This document shows, in pieces, positions 43,809-44,119 of a DNA stretch of 44,119 nt. A program made the translations under genes and the position numbers. The notes beneath the pieces were generated by a model that saw only the letters and a list, made by a program, of their open reading frames with translations, searched no databases and had not been told where the DNA came from. The number at the start of each line of letters is the position of its first letter. Within the stretch, counting starts at the first letter, position 1. This DNA is from a virus. The DNA is taken from UHGV virus genome UHGV-0175781; one strand, 5' to 3'.

Positions 43809-44119
43809 CTATTGGTTGCAAGTGAATTTTGCAACGTTTATTGCGTAAATTTTCGGGACCAAATCGCCACACGCCCGACGAATTGCCGCGATGTTCTTCT
43901 CGCAATCTTCAATGATGACCAGTTCCGACACGTCCGCATAGCAGACCATTTTGAACACGGCGCACGCCTTAAACTCTGGCGGCGGGGTATCGTCCAGCAT
44001 GTGGCGCATAAACAACCGGCCTGTCGGGAATACTTCCAGTTGTTCGGCGGTGGTTTCCCAGCATTCCCGCTGCCGGTTGGTCAGATACGCGATTTCGAAG
44101 CCTTGCTCTTTGTACATGG
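43809..44119 (-). CDS. HAD-superfamily phosphatase-like protein, C-terminal part (probably continuous with 160..1 across the window junction)
   Basis: contains HAD motif II-like AYLTNR, a lysine region and motif IV-like VIIEDCEKN; frame is continuous with the ORF at 160..1 if ends are joined. Confidence 0.5.
   Translation of the reverse strand, partial: MYKEQGFEIAYLTNRQRECWETTAEQLEVFPTGRLFMRHMLDDTPPPEFKACAVFKMVCYADVSELVIIEDCEKNIAAIRRACGDLVPKIYAINVAKFTCNQ

Noticed and set aside
1-44119. Integrase, repressor, attP or tRNA genes indicating a temperate phage or prophage
   Set aside because: No tyrosine or serine recombinase motifs, no CI-like repressor and no tRNA-like sequence were found by eye; the gene content fits a virulent phage. 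A proper HMM and tRNA scan would be needed to be certain.

Overview
The window looks like an essentially complete genome of a virulent, tailed dsDNA phage (siphovirus-type, lambda-like tail module), about 44 kb, with no integrase, repressor, tRNA or CRISPR array recognisable. Calls rest on reading the supplied ORF translations and the raw sequence by eye; no database search was possible. Intergenic coordinates are approximate (about +/-2 bp). Layout: (i) 1..11043, minus strand: replication and DNA-metabolism operon (Dam-type N6-adenine MTase, short C5-MTase-like protein, SNF2-type helicase, VRR-NUC nuclease, family A DNA polymerase, DUF2815-like ssDNA-binding protein, Cas4/RecB-like exonuclease, several small proteins), driven by a near-consensus sigma70-like promoter at about 11104..11132. 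(ii) 11044..11308: divergent control region. (iii) 11309..42545, plus strand: HTH protein, primase/helicase, four small genes, holin/endolysin, HTH-metallophosphoesterase, TerS/TerL, portal, head morphogenesis protein, spanins, scaffold, major capsid, head-tail joining proteins, major tail protein, G/GT chaperone with a -1 frameshift site, tape measure, M/L/K/I/J-like tail tip proteins, tail fiber with C-terminal S74-type chaperone. Three opposite-strand insertions sit in this block (254-aa protein, HNH endonuclease, Cor/Llp-like lipoprotein). (iv) 42573..44119, minus strand: three genes, the last of which appears to continue in frame into position 160..1, suggesting the window is a circular or circularly permuted genome opened inside a gene. 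The most unusual non-coding features are two near-identical GCGGGACA iteron arrays, each followed by a conserved bulged hairpin (about 14072..14231 and 30178..30491), and a 9-mer ATTGGTTGC found about 17 times, almost exclusively in intergenic regions and often overlapping predicted -35 elements.
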